Below, in pieces: positions 60,223 through 64,000 of a stretch of DNA of 64,000 nucleotides. The first letter of the stretch is position 1. Each line of letters starts with the position of its first letter. The notes under the pieces were generated by a model, which made no database searches, was not told the DNA's origin, and worked only from the letters and a program-made list of their open reading frames with translations. A program made the translations under genes and the position numbers. The stretch spans positions 62,001 to 126,000 of the IMG/VR virus record IMGVR_UViG_3300045125_000168; one strand, written 5' to 3'.

Positions 60223-60765
60223 TTACTTGATCCCGTAACCAAGAAGAGTCGCAAGCTCATGGTGTCTGGTTTCGATGACGCTCCAGTTGATGTCTTTCCA
60301 AAATTGATCGAGGTAACTGTCGAAATCGTTTTGATAATCGATTTGGTAAGCGTGTTCCCAGCAGTCGATCACGAGAATCGGCACACATCCAAGTGGAACC
60401 TTATCGTCGTGGCTTTTGATGGGAAAGCCCACAAAGGTCTTGAGAGTATGAGACCGGCCCCAAATGGCCCAGCCGTTGGGCTTGGCGTCTCGGGCGAAGT
60501 CGCTCATCCATTTTTGAAATGTCGCGAGGTTTGATTCTCTTCTTTTGAGGATTTCTTCGAGGAGAGGGCTTCTCTCGTCTCCTGCATGATCCTCAAGTTG
60601 CTCAAACCAAAGCGAATGAAGATAGATGGCGTTGTGAAGAAAAGACCTTTCAAAAGGTTCTTCTTTTTCTTCCCGCTCGGTATCTTCGATGACTTCCAGT
60701 CGTTTTTTATAGTTCTCGACTAGTTCCGTGTGCAGGCTCGCCGTTTTCGGCTTGTGGAGCATCAT
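60223..60765 (-). CDS. Fe/Mn superoxide dismutase-like protein
   Basis: LH.EL..NY, NAIYLHSLWF, GWAI, PILVIDCWEHAY..DY...YL..FW..INW. Confidence 0.85.
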   Translation of the reverse strand: MMLHKPKTASLHTELVENYKKRLEVIEDTEREEKEEPFERSFLHNAIYLHSLWFEQLEDHAGDERSPLLEEILKRRESNLATFQKWMSDFARDAKPNGWAIWGRSHTLKTFVGFPIKSHDDKVPLGCVPILVIDCWEHAYQIDYQNDFDSYLDQFWKDINWSVIETRHHELATLLGYGIK

Positions 60766-60801
60766 GATTTTTCGCCCTCGAACGAAGTTTAGGACCAAAT
60801 C

Positions 60802-61498
60802 TTAGAGGCTCCACGCCTGGAAACCAAAGGTGTCGAAAACACCGCGCAGGGAATCGGCACTACCAAGGTCTGGAAAGCTGTTGAATACCATAAAGCTCGC
60901 GCCCCAGCCGTTGATCTGATTTGGGTTGTCGGCGCTATCGTCCCAGTTGACACCCTCTTCGGTGAAAAAACCTTGCAACCAAAGGTTGGGGAAGATGTTA
61001 GAGGAATACAAAATATTGACGTAGTTCGGTTGTCCACCTGCCGAAATGTTCGACTTGTTCAGAATGCTTATAAAGTCGTAAAAGTTGCCAAGACCTTCGG
61101 GAATATATTGTTCTGGTATTTGGGATAAATTATTTTGGTCGATGGTCTCATGCGCTCCGGGGCTGATAGCACCGGACTGAAAAGTAAAAGATATGATCGG
61201 ATGATCGATCAGGATGTTAGACTCCTGAATACCAAGACCTACGGTGGGCCATTCGTGGTGGATAGCACCGCCTGCGACCTTTTCAATCGTGGTACGAGTT
61301 CCCACCTTCCAGCCGCATTGTGAGGGGTTGATCCAAAAGCTAATGTATTGGTCTGGTAAGTCAGAGTCTCGTCCTATAAGGAAAGGAAGCCTGTTTCTTC
61401 CAGTCCTGTTGGGAGGTATTTTTTTGATATTTAGTTTTTTTTTGGTTTTCTACTGCTGCCTGCAAAGCACTGAAACGATCAGGGGTTAAGGAAGCCAT
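60802..61498 (-). CDS. possible tail tube/baseplate-hub-related structural protein (frameshifted)
   Basis: FWINPSQ...TTIEKVAGG..HHEW, beta-rich; weak similarity only. Confidence 0.35.
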
Positions 61499-61501
61499 AT
61501 T

Positions 61502-62158
61502 TTAAGAACCTTTTTTCATATCTAGATTGGACTGCTGATATATTTTTTTCGATGGAAATTCAAAAGCCGTCAGATACTCACAACCCTGTCTGCCGTAATA
61601 AGCACAACCTGTGTCGATCATCGCATAGTTTTCGGTGATAATCGGATCTTTTTCGGTGTTATGTCCGAAGACACAATAGCGATCAGGACCAGGGTTGACG
61701 CTATAGCGGTTCCATAGAATCGATAGGTCCAGACGGAAAGAGTTTAGCTGAAGACAGTTCTCGATGTCTTCATAGTAAGGTCCAGCATGGCTGACAAAGA
61801 GATAACGCCCTTGCTCATCCTTGAGATCAGGAAATTCAAGGTAGAGGGGCCATGACGCAACCCACTCTATTTGGTCGAGCGTGTAAAGTTCTGGACGCCC
61901 CTTGTTCATAAGCCATGTGCGAGGAGGGTAAAGACCAGAGGGGACTTCCATACGGAAGTGGTCGAGCATCATGTCTTCATGATTTCCGCGCACAACTCGC
62001 CATTGTGGGTGATCTCGAACGTAGTCTAAAACCTCGGAAGACCGAGGGCCTCGATCGATCAGATCACCCACAAAGATGATGTCATCCTGGTTAGGCAGCT
62101 TTTTTATTAAGGCTTGCAGGGTTTTTAAACAGCCGTGAACATCGCCTATAATAAACAA
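61502..62158 (-). CDS. Ser/Thr protein phosphatase (metallophosphoesterase)
   Basis: GDVHG, GDLIDRG, RGNHE, SHAG, FGH, IDTG. Confidence 0.93.
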   Translation of the reverse strand: MFIIGDVHGCLKTLQALIKKLPNQDDIIFVGDLIDRGPRSSEVLDYVRDHPQWRVVRGNHEDMMLDHFRMEVPSGLYPPRTWLMNKGRPELYTLDQIEWVASWPLYLEFPDLKDEQGRYLFVSHAGPYYEDIENCLQLNSFRLDLSILWNRYSVNPGPDRYCVFGHNTEKDPIITENYAMIDTGCAYYGRQGCEYLTAFEFPSKKIYQQSNLDMKKGS

Positions 62159-62180
62159 GTGCTTTCCCTTTCATCAGCCA

Positions 62181-62897
62181 TCAGCCCCAATCGGCCTCGT
62201 AGGATGTCGCGGACGGTTCGTTCCCCGTGGAGAACAAAGCGCCTTGCTTCATCGGACCTGAGGTGCGGTAGTTTCCGGTTTGTAGAGCCTCGGTGGCAAA
62301 CTCTTTCGCTTCTCTCAGGAAGGCTCCTGCAAGCAGGAATTGCAGATCTTCTTCCGTCAACTCGCCACGGTGGATTTCGAGTTCGGAGGCGAGGGAGTTA
62401 CCGTCCATCTCACCTGCTGCAACCCGTTGCTCCCAAGCCTGCATTTTCGGGTGCAAAGTGATTTGCGCGGCATCGACATTTGGGTTTTCAGTAGAACTGT
62501 TTGCTGCTTGCGTCAGACTGACCGATTCCATGAGATTGGATTTACGTTCGCTTGCGGTTCCAGCGGTAAATTCCGAAGCATTCAAGCGAGCGTACTCAGC
62601 CCGTCCTTTGGGACTGTTCAACATACTGAGGGCTTCTTTTTCGTCGATAATCCGCAGGATATTTTTTCGCAAGCTGTTGCGAATTTCCACGGAGGTTTCC
62701 AAAATCCCACGGGGTAGAATGTCTGTCAGACAGTAGGGAATCCAAGTCTTTTGGAGTTCCAGTTTCACTTGTCTACCAGAGGTTGGATCGCTAACGGTGC
62801 AGACAAAAAGGCCACGGGGTTCGGTATTGTTGATAACGTACACAGATTTGTCTTGACGAAGAGCGGTCTCAAACTTGGTGAGATTGTTGAAATCCAT
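62181..62897 (-). CDS. hypothetical protein
   Basis: Intact 238-aa ORF with AAGGGA RBS. Confidence 0.65.
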   Translation of the reverse strand: MDFNNLTKFETALRQDKSVYVINNTEPRGLFVCTVSDPTSGRQVKLELQKTWIPYCLTDILPRGILETSVEIRNSLRKNILRIIDEKEALSMLNSPKGRAEYARLNASEFTAGTASERKSNLMESVSLTQAANSSTENPNVDAAQITLHPKMQAWEQRVAAGEMDGNSLASELEIHRGELTEEDLQFLLAGAFLREAKEFATEALQTGNYRTSGPMKQGALFSTGNEPSATSYEADWG

Positions 62898-63006
62898 GAG
62901 CGGTCCCTTTTAATGAAATGTTAAAACTATGATAAAGCCAAAAATCAATTTCGGCATTATTTAATGTGCGCATATTCAGCGCATTTGGTTAAGATCATCG
63001 CCATCT

Positions 63007-63306
63007 TCACGAGCTTGTCGCGAGAAATGCCTTTGATAAGGAGGGGGAGTTCATCTCAAGATGCTTGCCGTTACCTTCATTCAGTAGAGAGAAAATATCC
63101 CAAGCCTTAAGAGATTGCTCCTCAACGCACTTTAGGATTTCGTGTAAGACCTTGGCTTCGTCACGTATCTCTTCAGCAGTACGACCTGTTTGCAATTCAG
63201 TTTGCCAGTTTTCGTCAGAGGCGCTTCCAGGGGAAAGATCGATGCTATTAGGTCCGTCCTCAGCTTGAAGAAGATACTTATTCTTCACGTGGTCGTAAAA
63301 GCGCAT
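63007..63306 (-). CDS. hypothetical protein with MRFYDHVK...LLQA leader
   Basis: GAGG RBS; AAGATT 37 nt upstream. Confidence 0.55.
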   Translation of the reverse strand: MRFYDHVKNKYLLQAEDGPNSIDLSPGSASDENWQTELQTGRTAEEIRDEAKVLHEILKCVEEQSLKAWDIFSLLNEGNGKHLEMNSPSLSKAFLATSS

Positions 63307-64000
63307 AGTCGTTCCTCTTGTTGATTCCTAAAAATATAATCTTTGGTAAGACCTCAAAAAAGGGTAATCAATCGATCGTGCCCTTAGGGCTACTGATAGC
63401 ACAGTCGTAATTATCCGCGATAAATTGTGCTCCATAATGAATTGATTTTACAATTTCGTCTTCAAGAGCGACGATTTCGGGGTCTCCAGATCGATTTTTA
63501 TTGATCTGCGGATCAGAGAAATCCCATAAACCAATCAGCATTTTCTGGATTACAATTGAGAATGCATCGGTATTTTTACGCACATCGCAGATGGTCTTGC
63601 AGAAAGTTTTTTTCTGGGCGCCCTGATCATTTGTTAGTTGGACTGGATGGGCAGGGCTATCTCGCACCCCCATCCTCGTTCCTCTTACTGCTGATTGATA
63701 GTTTTGCTAAGTCTTTTGGTTTGGGTAGGTTGTTGACTAGGGGATATGGGATCGACCTCTCTGCTGGATCTTGATCCTGACTTGGCTCTTTTGTCCTCTG
63801 TCCCGCAACCATAGAGCAGTAGGAATGGAATCAGAGATTTTCGGAACTGGTCTTCCAAGCCTCGGGTATTAAACTAGCCTCTATCCGTTCTAACTGAGCG
63901 ATGTAAGACCAAGCCATGTTACCCCTAGTGCGGAAAGTATTTTGCGTCAAAGTGCAGTGATTTGTTGTGCGGTCCATTTTCGTACTGTAGTCGCACCTGA

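Noticed and set aside
1-64000. Stop-codon reassignment as the cause of fragmented genes
   Set aside because: Conserved motifs continue in different frames (polymerase, PhoH, CobS, S8, DnaJ), not through in-frame TAG or TGA, and intact genes end in all three stops.
1-64000. Mass pseudogenisation or programmed frameshifting
   Set aside because: Indels hit essential genes at random, often at homopolymers, and even the tRNA stem; long-read error is the simplest explanation.

Overview
64-kb fragment of a large (jumbo-type) tailed dsDNA phage genome. Almost every long gene is broken by 1-bp indels, often at homopolymers, which looks like uncorrected long-read error, so many gene boundaries below are approximate joins of ORF fragments. 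Replication and nucleic-acid genes: gp32-like SSB, Cas4-like exonuclease, NYN nuclease, TOPRIM primase, 5'-3' exonuclease, UDG-fused family A DNA polymerase with an HNH intein, small ligase, MazG and PIN-PhoH. Other content: tRNA-Ser(GCT), an IS200/IS605 TnpB element at the left edge, CobS/CobT-like AAA-VWA pair, ClpP, DnaJ, RRM protein, NIF3, two tail-collar proteins, amidase endolysin, sugar enzymes (RfaE-like heptose kinase, GT2, methyltransferase, class II aldolase), several lipoproteins and secreted enzymes, a SOD-like protein and a Ser/Thr phosphatase. The most interesting signals are not in the ORF list. (1) Six or seven intergenic sigma-28/FliA-type promoters with an exact 15-nt spacer. 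(2) A second motif, AAGATT, 33-39 nt upstream of about eight dispersed genes. (3) Many of those genes share a short N-terminal leader, M-x-[FY]-[LV]-x-[KR]-[LIV]...A, resembling a capsid-targeting sequence. (4) A free-standing, extein-less intein gene (Met-Cys...Gln-stop) with its own RBS.
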